This document shows, in pieces, positions 40,150 through 49,116 of a stretch of 64,000 nucleotides of DNA (its first letter is position 1; each line of letters begins with the position of its first letter). Source of the stretch: Thermoanaerobaculia bacterium (GTDB taxonomy: Bacteria > Acidobacteriota > Thermoanaerobaculia > Multivoradales > Multivoraceae); NCBI GenBank assembly GCA_963664405.1, contig OY761158.1, positions 576,001 to 640,000 on the forward strand. The letters run 5' to 3'. Below the pieces are notes generated by a model that saw only the letters and a program-made list of their open reading frames with translations, was not told the DNA's origin and did no database searches. The translations under genes and the position numbers were made by a program.

Positions 40150-41376
40150 GTGCACCCCCAGCAGGGGTGCGCTCGGCAGCTCGACCGCAAAGCGGGTCGG
40201 TCTCGCTATGACCTGGGCGAGATCTTCCGGGCGCACATCGACGCCTTCCGTGACCGCCACTTCTTGAGTCCTTTACAGGCTCAGGTGGTGCGGGCGATCT
40301 GTGCCTGCCGCACCGCGCAGCTGGGCGGGCATCTGGACGTGTGTCGGGACTGCGGCTATAGGCGCCCTGCGTATAACTCATGCCGGAATCGTCACTGCCC
40401 CAAGTGCCAGGCGCTGGATCAGCACCGTTGGCTCGAGCGGCGCCTGTCTCGCATTCTCCCGGTCGGCTACTTTCACGTCGTCTTCACCCTGCCGGGGGAG
40501 CTCGCCTCAGTGGGTCTGCGCAACCGCCGCCTTGTCTACGAGCTGCTCTTCCGAGCCGCGGCGGAAACGCTTCTGACCCTCGGCAAGGATCCCCAACGGC
40601 TCGGAGCCCTGCTCGGCATCACGATGGTGCTGCACACCTGGACTCGGGACCTGCGTTTCCACCCCCATATCCACGCCATCGTCACCGGCGGAGGACTCAG
40701 CCTCGACGGACGGCGGTGGCTCTCGACGGGCGAGAAGTATCTGTTTGCCGTCAAGCTTCTGGGGAGGCTGTACCGCGGTAAGTTTCTCGGCCACCTGGCC
40801 CGTGCCTACAAAGACGGACAGCTCGACCTGCCACGAGATCTGGCCGAGGACGGTGGCTTCGATCGCCTGCTGTCGAAGCTCTACGCCAAGGACTTCATCG
40901 TCTACGCCAAGCGTCCCTTCGCCGGTGCGCAGCAGGTCTTCTCCTACCTGGGCCGCTATACCCATCGAGTCGCACTGTCCAACCACAGAATCCTCAACGT
41001 CACGGAGCAGGCCATCACCCTCGCCACGCGCGATGGCAAGACCGTGACGCTCTCTCCCGAGGAGCTCATCCGCCGCTTTGTGCTGCACGTCCTGCCCCGA
41101 CGATTCCAAAAGATTCGCCACTATGGACTCATGGCCTCGGCCAACGTCCACTCTCGCCTCGAGCGAGCCCGCGCTCTGCTCGAGTCCACCGCCACAGCGA
41201 CCCAGGCCGAAACCTCCCACCCCATCCCCATCGAGTCGGAAACCACAAACGAGCTCCTCCAACGCCTCACCGGCATCGACCTCGCGATCTGTCCCGCCTG
41301 CCAAGGTCCCCGCCTCCAACGTTTCCCCCTCGACACTCCTGCCTACGCCCGGCCTCCACCGGTGGCGGCCGCGTGA
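40150..41376 (+). CDS. IS91-family (Y2/HUH) transposase
   Basis: YNSCRNRHCPKC, HPHIH, YLGRYTHR. Confidence 0.92.
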   Translation: MHPQQGCARQLDRKAGRSRYDLGEIFRAHIDAFRDRHFLSPLQAQVVRAICACRTAQLGGHLDVCRDCGYRRPAYNSCRNRHCPKCQALDQHRWLERRLSRILPVGYFHVVFTLPGELASVGLRNRRLVYELLFRAAAETLLTLGKDPQRLGALLGITMVLHTWTRDLRFHPHIHAIVTGGGLSLDGRRWLSTGEKYLFAVKLLGRLYRGKFLGHLARAYKDGQLDLPRDLAEDGGFDRLLSKLYAKDFIVYAKRPFAGAQQVFSYLGRYTHRVALSNHRILNVTEQAITLATRDGKTVTLSPEELIRRFVLHVLPRRFQKIRHYGLMASANVHSRLERARALLESTATATQAETSHPIPIESETTNELLQRLTGIDLAICPACQGPRLQRFPLDTPAYARPPPVAAA

Positions 41377-41756
41377 TCGCGCGCCTTTCTCTTCCCGCGC
41401 TCCCGGTCCCGCCGCGGACAAGGCGGAGGTGTGCCCGCGGTGGCTCCGAACCCAAAATCGAGACGCCGGTGGACCTCCCAGGGGCCGCGCAGGCGCCTGA
41501 CCGCAACCCAGTGCACCTCTGGAACTACCTCACAACCCTCGACCTGGGGCGCGTCGCGCGCAGCACAGCCTGCCAACGAGGCTGATAACCCCATACACAA
41601 CCGCTCGTCTGGCGGCCTCCGCTCAAGCCAGGTCTAGCAGAATCCCGCTCGGGTAGATCCGCGCGACGACGAACCTCCTGCCTCGCGGGACTCTGCGAGA
41701 TCCTTCTCCATAAGACGACACCGATGCTCGGAAAGGCCAGTAGACGTTGGACCGTC

Positions 41757-41813
41757 GTGTTGGCCCAGGGGCGAAAGGCGACAGTTTGTCGCGATATGTG
41801 CGTGGGTGCGACA
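41757..41813 (-). repeat. Two adjacent junction-type sites in inverted orientation (right end of array)
   Basis: On - strand: TGTCGCA-cccACGCacatat-CGCGACA and TGTCGCC-tttCGCCcctggg-CCAACAC, 3 bp apart. Confidence 0.6.
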
Positions 41814-41896
41814 CCCATACCTGGATGACGACTCAGTCGAGCGCCACTTCGGCTTCCATGGGGCTGAGGGGAGAGGGCGCTTTCGGTCGCTCTCCA

Positions 41897-42406
41897 CTAC
41901 TCCGCCAGAAGCTCTTCGATGCTCCAGTAGGCCGTCCGGCCGCTATGCTGGTCGCGAATGTGCTCTACCGTCTCCGGCGCGATCGCGGCGCTTGATGAGC
42001 CGAAACGGATACGGACGAAGCTGAGCAAGGCCGCCACCTCCTGATTGGACAGGATCTCGCCGAACCCCGGCATCTCGCGATCGTAGGTCTCACCCAGTAC
42101 CTCGACCGGGCCGCGGACGCCATGAAGCACGATCTTGATAATCCGCTCCTCAGGCCCGCGAACCCAGGACGACTGATCCAGGGGAGGACCCTCCAAGCCC
42201 CCGCGGCCATTGTATAGATGGCAAGCTGAACAGTGGCTTCCGTACAGCTTCTCTCCGGCCTTTCCCCCTAGGCGATCACCGTCCACACTCTCCTCTAACG
42301 GGCCGACTCCACAGGAAGTCAAAGCAAGCAGAGAGGCGAACCCAACGGGTATCCCGAGACGCATCATCGAGGGTAATCTGGGGACCTTGAAGAACAACCG
42401 GCTCAT
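41897..42406 (-). CDS. Monoheme cytochrome c (lipoprotein)
   Basis: CSACH, PPL..S.WV.G, MPGF. Confidence 0.88.
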   Translation of the reverse strand: MSRLFFKVPRLPSMMRLGIPVGFASLLALTSCGVGPLEESVDGDRLGGKAGEKLYGSHCSACHLYNGRGGLEGPPLDQSSWVRGPEERIIKIVLHGVRGPVEVLGETYDREMPGFGEILSNQEVAALLSFVRIRFGSSSAAIAPETVEHIRDQHSGRTAYWSIEELLAE

Positions 42407-42491
42407 TTAGACGAGAACCCTAGTGCAATTTAACGCTCGGCTCAGTTCCGTTGAGAGATAGACTGCTCGCAAAGCTGCAAGGAGAGTTGAA

Positions 42492-45344
42492 ATGAGCAGA
42501 GCCTTCCTCTGTGCCGTAGGCACGACCCTCGTTCTTACAACTGCGACCTCCGCACTCGACAACGACGTCACCCTACTCTTGACTTTCGGCATCGATGCCG
42601 AAGCGGAAGATCAATGGGACGGGCGCATCGAGGTGGACGGCGGCGAACTGCTCAATCTCGAAGAGCGAGACTTCCTCAACATCGATCCGGTGCTGAGAGA
42701 GCCGGTCGTCGCCGAGATCGATGCCAACGGCTCGTGGAAGGTCTCCGTCCGCAAGGATTGGAATCAATTTCATCGGATTAATTACATCGAGGCCAGTCCA
42801 GCTCACCCCCTGCCGACTCTCTTCTTTCCGGTTTCTGTCTTCGCCACGGTGCGAGACCTCGGCTCGGCACGCGTGAGCGTCAACACCGTTCAGGGCGACT
42901 TCGACTTCTCGCTCGCTGATATCGGTACCGAGCCTCGCCACTTTCTCGACGGTAGGGCCTCGGCAGTGCGAACGCCGACGGTCGAGCGACTGAGCAGCCC
43001 AGAGTTCGAAGACGACGAGCCGGCTATCGTCGCCCACTCGAATGGCGACGTGTCAGTCGCATGGATCGCCTACCGAGAGAGCGGGGACCGAGTCCTTCTT
43101 CGCACTCGATCCGGCGACTCCTGGTCCGAAAGTGAAGAGATCACACCGGCACCCGCCGATATCTTTCGCTGCTCTCTCGCGGTCGATGGCCAGAAGCGGC
43201 TCTGGGCCTTCTGGAGCGAGCGCGAAGGCACCCGCTGGCACATCTGGGGGCGGGTGCGCGGTACCCGAGGATGGGAGGAGCCGATCCGTATCTCTTCCGA
43301 CGGCTCGAACACTTTTCACCGAGCCGCCTCCGGCGGAGGTTCTGTTTTCGTCGCTTGGCAGAGCTTCCGATCAAGCCAGGGTGTCGCGCAAAGCGACATC
43401 CAAGTGCGAGTTCTCAGCAATGGCCGTTGGTCCTCGGAGCTCCAGGCGAGCAGCTCTCCAGCCAACGACTGGGAACCGGCGATCGCCGCCACCGACAACG
43501 GCTCTGCCTACCTGGTCTGGGACAGCTACGACGGTGACAACTACGATGTCTTCTTTCGTAGCCTCGAAGGCGATCGCCTCGGCAGACTGGAACAGATCAC
43601 AACCAGCCCCCGCTTCCAAGCGCATGCCACGGTCGCCGTCGACGGATCGGGGCAAGCTTGGGTGGCGTGGGATGAGTCCGGAGTCAACTGGGGCAAGGAT
43701 CAGGGCTTCCTCATCAACCCCTCGCTGGCTTCACCGCTGCACCAGGAGCGCAGCATTCGTGTCGCGCGTCACCAAGGCGGGGCCTGGCAAGAGCTCAGCC
43801 CGAGGCTGCCCGAGTTCTACCTCTATCGCCTCTATCCTAATTTCGAAAGCCCCCAGCTTCACTTCGACGGTCACGACACTCTGACCATGGTCTTCCGACA
43901 CTGGACTCGGGTCCAGGCGCGAGGAATAGGAAGTCCTCTGGGGTGGGAGAATTTCGTCACCCGATTCCGTAACGGAAGCTGGTCGACTCCGGTCGCCCTT
44001 CCCCACAGCCGTGGATCGATCGAGAAGCGACCCGCCCTGGCCCGTGCCGACAACGGGCGTCTGGTGGCAGCCTGGATGACGGACAATCGCACCTTCTCCG
44101 GTCGCGATCTCCCACCGATAGGACGCCGCGCGTTGATGCTTCCCCAAAACGCCGAGGTTTACTTCGCGGACCTGGGACTTGCAGAAGAAACATCCGGATC
44201 CATCGGCGACTCCCTCGAGCCTTTCATCGAGCCCTACGCCGAGGAAGTGCCGATTCATGTCGACGAGAAGGGAGACGTAGCGGCGATTCGCGGCTACCGG
44301 ATACAGGCGGGCGAGAAGACCTACGGCATCTATCGTGGCGATCTCCATCGCCACACCGACGTCTCTACAGACTTCAAATACGACGGATCGCTGATCGAGG
44401 TCTATCGTTACGCCCTCGATGCGGCCGCCTTCGATTTCATCGCCCCCACCGACCACCAATTGGGCTTCGACATGGAGTTCACCTGGTGGCAGGACGAGAA
44501 GCTCACCGACCTCTTTCACGTCCCCGGCGCCTTCACTCCCCTCTTCGGCTACGAACGTAGCCTGACTTTCCCCAACGGGCACCGCAATGTGATCTTCGCC
44601 CATCGAGGCGTACGACCACTCCCGATCCCGGCAGACGAGAGTCGCGGTGAAGCTGGAGCCGCCAAGCTCTACGACTATCTCCACGAGAACAATGGCATCT
44701 CCATGCCCCACTCCAGCGGCACCGACCAGGGCACGGACTTTCGAGACAACGACCCAGAAGTCGAGCCTTTGATGGAAGTGTTCCAGGGCTACCGCGCGAG
44801 CTACGAGTACACGGATGCACCCAAGGCCGCCAGCCGACAGAGGCTGATCACCCAGCGCAGCGGCTTCAACGCGGCAGGCTACTGGTGGGACGCGCTCGCC
44901 AAAGGGCTCAAGATCGGTGTCCAGGCAAGCTCGGACCATTGGTCCACACACATCTCCTACGCCTGTCTCATCGCCGAGGATCTCAGCCGCGAAGCACTCT
45001 TCGACGCGATCAAGAAGAGGCACGCATACGGCGCCACCGACAACATCGTGCTCGATTTCCAGGCCCAGAGCGGCGGCGAGGCCTACATCATGGGCGACAT
45101 CATCGAAACCGACCAGGTGCCCAAACTGCGTATCCGGGCTCGAGGCACCGGCGTCATCTCACAGTTGGTAATCGTCAAGAACCAGCAATTGATCTTCGAG
45201 AGCCGACCCGGCGAGCAGGAGATCGATGTCGAGTTCGTCGATCAGAACTTCGAGCCCGGAGACAGCTACTACTACGCCCGAGTGATGCAAGCCGACGGCA
45301 ACCTCGCCTGGAGCTCACCGATCTGGATAGAAGCACCGCCCTAG
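42492..45344 (+). CDS. Large secreted PHP-type metallohydrolase (DUF3604/CehA-like) with N-terminal propeller
   Basis: GDLHRHT, TDH, GHRNVIF, ASSDH, YYYARV.Q.DG..AWSSPIW. Confidence 0.75.
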   Translation: MSRAFLCAVGTTLVLTTATSALDNDVTLLLTFGIDAEAEDQWDGRIEVDGGELLNLEERDFLNIDPVLREPVVAEIDANGSWKVSVRKDWNQFHRINYIEASPAHPLPTLFFPVSVFATVRDLGSARVSVNTVQGDFDFSLADIGTEPRHFLDGRASAVRTPTVERLSSPEFEDDEPAIVAHSNGDVSVAWIAYRESGDRVLLRTRSGDSWSESEEITPAPADIFRCSLAVDGQKRLWAFWSEREGTRWHIWGRVRGTRGWEEPIRISSDGSNTFHRAASGGGSVFVAWQSFRSSQGVAQSDIQVRVLSNGRWSSELQASSSPANDWEPAIAATDNGSAYLVWDSYDGDNYDVFFRSLEGDRLGRLEQITTSPRFQAHATVAVDGSGQAWVAWDESGVNWGKDQGFLINPSLASPLHQERSIRVARHQGGAWQELSPRLPEFYLYRLYPNFESPQLHFDGHDTLTMVFRHWTRVQARGIGSPLGWENFVTRFRNGSWSTPVALPHSRGSIEKRPALARADNGRLVAAWMTDNRTFSGRDLPPIGRRALMLPQNAEVYFADLGLAEETSGSIGDSLEPFIEPYAEEVPIHVDEKGDVAAIRGYRIQAGEKTYGIYRGDLHRHTDVSTDFKYDGSLIEVYRYALDAAAFDFIAPTDHQLGFDMEFTWWQDEKLTDLFHVPGAFTPLFGYERSLTFPNGHRNVIFAHRGVRPLPIPADESRGEAGAAKLYDYLHENNGISMPHSSGTDQGTDFRDNDPEVEPLMEVFQGYRASYEYTDAPKAASRQRLITQRSGFNAAGYWWDALAKGLKIGVQASSDHWSTHISYACLIAEDLSREALFDAIKKRHAYGATDNIVLDFQAQSGGEAYIMGDIIETDQVPKLRIRARGTGVISQLVIVKNQQLIFESRPGEQEIDVEFVDQNFEPGDSYYYARVMQADGNLAWSSPIWIEAPP

Positions 45345-45973
45345 CGCCACGCAAAGACAGGCTGCTCAAAATGAGCGACTCGCGTCGCGCGCCCGCGCAA
45401 CGCGACTTCGAGCAGCTGATAGATGAAGGCCGCAGTCGGCGCATGGACGTGCATGCCAAGCACAGGCATAGAGAGTACCGGCTTATCACTCTGCGGTATT
45501 TTGGTGATAATCGGCGCGTCGGGATGCTCCAGGTCGCCAAGCGGTACGCGGTATAGACGTGACACCTCGTGGGGGTCGGGCACCAGATCGCGCCACTCGT
45601 CGCACCACACCAGGAACGGGCTGATGACGAATCCGGATCGCGTCGCGAAGTCGTCGAGGCGGCCGAGAATTGACGCCTCGCCGAGAACGAGCCCGACCTC
45701 TTCTGCGAGCTCCCGCAGAGCGGCATGCCGCGCCTCCTCTCCCGGCTCCAGTTTGCCGCCGGGCAGGGCGAACTGGCCACGATGATTGCGCAGGCCCAAT
45801 CCGCGTCGAGTGAGGATGAAACAGGCCCGCCCGTCCTCGTCAGGCACCAAAGCGATGGACACTGCGGCGCGACGAGCATCGGGCTTCTCTATCGCCCGCC
45901 AATCGAAGTCGGACACGCGCTCCTTTACCCAGATCCGCAGCTCCTCGCCGTGCTCCACCGGGAAAGTCGCCAT
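45341..45973 (-). CDS. Nudix CoA pyrophosphatase (NudL-like)
   Basis: AAVSIAL, LTRR...HRGQFALPGG...AALRELAEEVG. Confidence 0.88.
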   Translation of the reverse strand: MATFPVEHGEELRIWVKERVSDFDWRAIEKPDARRAAVSIALVPDEDGRACFILTRRGLGLRNHRGQFALPGGKLEPGEEARHAALRELAEEVGLVLGEASILGRLDDFATRSGFVISPFLVWCDEWRDLVPDPHEVSRLYRVPLGDLEHPDAPIITKIPQSDKPVLSMPVLGMHVHAPTAAFIYQLLEVALRGRATRVAHFEQPVFAWR

Positions 45974-46017
45974 CGGCGTAGCAGTATACTTGCCCCCACT
46001 TCAGGAGGACCCGCCCG

Positions 46018-47253
46018 ATGGATTTCAATGATTCTCCCCAGGAAAGCGAGTTTCGCGCCGAATGCCGTGCCTGGCTGGAGGCCAACGCCGAACCTCTTGA
46101 CAGCGCTTCAGCGGCCTTTCGCTGGCAGGCGAAGATGTCCCTCGACGAAGCCGTCCAGAGTGCTCGCGACTGGCAGGCCAAGAAGGCCGAAGCAGGCTTC
46201 GCCTGCATTACCTGGCCCAAGGAGCACGGCGGCCAGGGGTTGAGCCTGATGCACAAGATCATCTACGACGACGAGGAGAAGGGTTTCGAAGTGCCCAGGG
46301 GCTTCCTCGACATCGGTCTCAACATCTGCGCGCCGCCGGTCGCGGCTTATGCCACTGAGGAGCAGAGGCAGCGCTACCTGCCGAAGCTCGCGAACGGCGA
46401 GGAGATCTGGTGTCAGCTCTTCTCCGAGCCGGTGGCGGGCTCGGATCTCGCCGGCCTGCGCACCCGAGCCGAGCGCGACGGTGATGAATGGGTGGTCAAC
46501 GGCCAAAAAGTGTGGAACTCGGGGGCTCACTACGCCGACTACGCGATCCTGGTCACCCGCCACGATCCAGACTTGCCGAAGCACAAGGGCATGACCTTCT
46601 TCTTCCTGAGCATGTCGACCCCAGGTGTCGAGGCGCGTCCCATCAAGCAGATCTCCGGCGCCTCCAATTTCAACGAGGTCTTCCTGACTAATGTGCGCAT
46701 CCCCGATTCTCAGCGCCTCGGAGAGATCGGTGAGGGCTGGCAGGTCTCGCTCACCACCTTGATGAGCGAGCGACTCGCCTCATCACCGGGGCCACCCGAC
46801 TTCCAGCACATCTTCGAGCTTGCCAAGCGCACCGAGCTCGAGAGTGGCCCAGCCGTCAGCAACGCGGCCGTTCGGCAGAAGCTCGCCGACTGGTATGTCG
46901 AGCACCAGGGTCTGCGCTATACCCGGGCGCGGCTCCTCACCGCGATCTCGAAAGGCAAGCGTCCGGGACCGGAAGCATCGATCCAGAAAGTGATCAACGC
47001 CAGTAAGCTCCAGGACATCGCCTCCTTCGGTGCCGACCTCCAGGAACTGGGGGGAATGATGACCGAGCCAGATCTGGCGGCGGCGGAAGGCCTGTTCCAA
47101 CAGGGCTACCTCAACGCTCCCGGCGGACGTATCGCGGCAGGCACCGATGAGATTCTGCGCAACGTCATCGCGGAGCGTGTGCTCGGACTGCCGGGCGACA
47201 TCCGGGTCGATCGAGACACCCCCTACTCCGACATTCCCGCCGGCTCCGCCTGA
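46018..47253 (+). CDS. Acyl-CoA dehydrogenase family protein
   Basis: WCQLFSEPVAGSDLAGL, NGQKVW, FNEVFL, IAAGTDEILRN. Confidence 0.93.
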   Translation: MDFNDSPQESEFRAECRAWLEANAEPLDSASAAFRWQAKMSLDEAVQSARDWQAKKAEAGFACITWPKEHGGQGLSLMHKIIYDDEEKGFEVPRGFLDIGLNICAPPVAAYATEEQRQRYLPKLANGEEIWCQLFSEPVAGSDLAGLRTRAERDGDEWVVNGQKVWNSGAHYADYAILVTRHDPDLPKHKGMTFFFLSMSTPGVEARPIKQISGASNFNEVFLTNVRIPDSQRLGEIGEGWQVSLTTLMSERLASSPGPPDFQHIFELAKRTELESGPAVSNAAVRQKLADWYVEHQGLRYTRARLLTAISKGKRPGPEASIQKVINASKLQDIASFGADLQELGGMMTEPDLAAAEGLFQQGYLNAPGGRIAAGTDEILRNVIAERVLGLPGDIRVDRDTPYSDIPAGSA

Positions 47254-47263
47254 GCACTGCGCC

Positions 47264-47632
47264 ATGGGTGAGTTCATTCGCCTGGAGCCGATTTGGCTTC
47301 AGGCCTGGATTCTGTTCATGGTGGTGGTGAACTCGATGTCGCTCCTTTTCGTACGGCAGCTCGAAGCTCGCTGGATACTCATAGCCTGGGTCGCCAATGT
47401 CCTACTCATGAACTGGCTCTTCGCACGCTTCGGATACGTAAGGCTTCTCGGCGCCAGTCACGCTCTGTTTTGGTCCCCACTTCTCCTCTACCTCTACCTG
47501 AGACGAGCGAAAATCGCCGAGGCGGGCCGGATCTTCCGCGCCTGGGTGGCCGTGCTCGTGGTCACCGACGCCACGTCTTTGGTCATAGACTACGTCGACA
47601 TTGCTCGCTACTTTCTAGGAGATCGGAGCTGA
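47264..47632 (+). CDS. Membrane protein
   Basis: Four hydrophobic segments; in operon with neighbours. Confidence 0.7.
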   Translation: MGEFIRLEPIWLQAWILFMVVVNSMSLLFVRQLEARWILIAWVANVLLMNWLFARFGYVRLLGASHALFWSPLLLYLYLRRAKIAEAGRIFRAWVAVLVVTDATSLVIDYVDIARYFLGDRS

Positions 47633-47635
47633 ATC

Positions 47636-48880
47636 ATGAGCGTCGCCCAGATTAGAACTGAGCTCGAGACCGTCGACCCGACCGAGGTGGGGCTTTCGCC
47701 CGAGCGCCTCGCTCGCATCGAAACTCACCTCGACCGCCGCTACATCGAGCCCGGAAAGATCGTCGGCTGCCTGACTCTGGTCGCTCGCGACGGTCGCCTG
47801 GCCTGGCTCTCGTGTCAAGGTCTGCGCGATCGTGAGCGCGACCTGCCGATGAGCGAAGACACGATCTTTCGCATTTACTCGATGAGCAAACCGATCACTT
47901 CGGTCGCCCTCATGAGTCTGTACGAAGAAGGCGGCTTCCAGCTCGACGATCCGGTGGCGAAGTTCATCCCCGAGTTTCGTGATCTGCGCGTCTACCGATC
48001 GGGAATCCATCCGAACTGGCTCACCGAGCCATGCGCCAGGCCGATGACCGTTCGCCATCTTCTCAGTCACATGTCGGGTCTCACTTACGGTTTCATGCTG
48101 CGCACCAACGTAGATGCGGCGTACCGCAAGCTGGGTCTAGGCGAGCGCAAAGGCACCCTCCGCGAGATGGTAGAGGCGATGGCAGAGATTCCGCTCGAAT
48201 TCTCGCCGGGCGAGCGATGGAGCTACTCGATGGCCACCGACGTCTGCGGCTATCTGGTGGAGGTTCTCTCGGGCAAATCTTTCGACCAGTTCCTGCAAGA
48301 AAGAATCTTCGATCGTCTGGGGATGGTGGACACGGGTTTTCACGTACCCGATGACAAGGTGCACCGCTTTGCCGCCAACTATCAACGCGGCGCTGACAAG
48401 ACCCTGGCACTGCTCGACGATCCCCAAGAGTCTCCCTATCGGAAACCGGCGAGGTTCCTTTCCGGCGGCGGCGGGCTGGTCTCGACCGCCCATGACTACC
48501 TCCGCTTCTGTCAGATGCTCCTGGCTGGGGGCGAGCTCGCCGGCGAGCGAATCCTTGGGCCGAGAACCCTCGAGCTGATGACCAGCAACCACCTGCCCGA
48601 TGGCAAGCTCCTCACCGACCTCGCAACGGGCTCCTTCAGCGAGATCACCTACGAAGGCCAAGGCTTTGGGCTGGGCTTCTCGGTCGTACAAGACCCGGTT
48701 CGCGCAGGCGGTGGGGGCTCGCTGGGAGAGTCGGGCTGGGGAGGAGCAGCGTCGACGGCATTCTGGATCGATCCGAGTGAGGACCTCGCCGTCATCTTCC
48801 TAACCCAGTTCATGCCCTCAGGCACCTTCAATTTCCGCGGCCAGCTCAAGAGCATCGTCTACGGGTCCATCACAGAGTAG
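47636..48880 (+). CDS. Serine hydrolase (beta-lactamase class C-like)
   Basis: FRIYSMSK (SxxK), PGERWSYS, WGGAAST. Confidence 0.92.
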   Translation: MSVAQIRTELETVDPTEVGLSPERLARIETHLDRRYIEPGKIVGCLTLVARDGRLAWLSCQGLRDRERDLPMSEDTIFRIYSMSKPITSVALMSLYEEGGFQLDDPVAKFIPEFRDLRVYRSGIHPNWLTEPCARPMTVRHLLSHMSGLTYGFMLRTNVDAAYRKLGLGERKGTLREMVEAMAEIPLEFSPGERWSYSMATDVCGYLVEVLSGKSFDQFLQERIFDRLGMVDTGFHVPDDKVHRFAANYQRGADKTLALLDDPQESPYRKPARFLSGGGGLVSTAHDYLRFCQMLLAGGELAGERILGPRTLELMTSNHLPDGKLLTDLATGSFSEITYEGQGFGLGFSVVQDPVRAGGGGSLGESGWGGAASTAFWIDPSEDLAVIFLTQFMPSGTFNFRGQLKSIVYGSITE

Positions 48881-48882
48881 CT

Positions 48883-49073
48883 CTGGGAATGGTGAATACC
48901 ATTCCCAGAGCTACCATACTGTTGGCGCCGAGGACGGCGCACGTCCCTGGGAATGGTCAATACCATTCCCAGAGCTACCATACTGTTGGCGCCGAGGACG
49001 GCGCACGTCCCTGGGAATGGTCAATACCATTCCCAGAACTACCATGCTGTTGGCGCCGAGGACGGCGCGCGTC
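48883..49073. repeat. REP/BIME-like tandem repeat, 3 x 64 bp
   Basis: Units at 48883, 48947, 49011, each with hairpin ctgggaatggt-caat-accattcccag; between convergent genes. Confidence 0.85.
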
Positions 49074-49116
49074 GCCCGGCCGAGGGGCTCGGACGGGCTC
49101 CCTGCTTCGGGAAGGT

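Larger units (their letters stand above)
39111..41709 (+). mobile_element. Tyrosine integrase + IS91-like transposase element, copy 2
   Basis: Same ends and genes as 20847-23445. Confidence 0.85.

Noticed and set aside
11770-41813. Classical integron (attC array with intI)
   Set aside because: Sites lack RYYYAAC/GTTRRRY ends. The two tyrosine recombinases sit inside duplicated IS91-type elements and appear to lack the IntI-specific insertion.
48883-49073. CRISPR array
   Set aside because: The intervening sequences are near-identical rather than unique spacers; only 3 units; no cas genes in the window.
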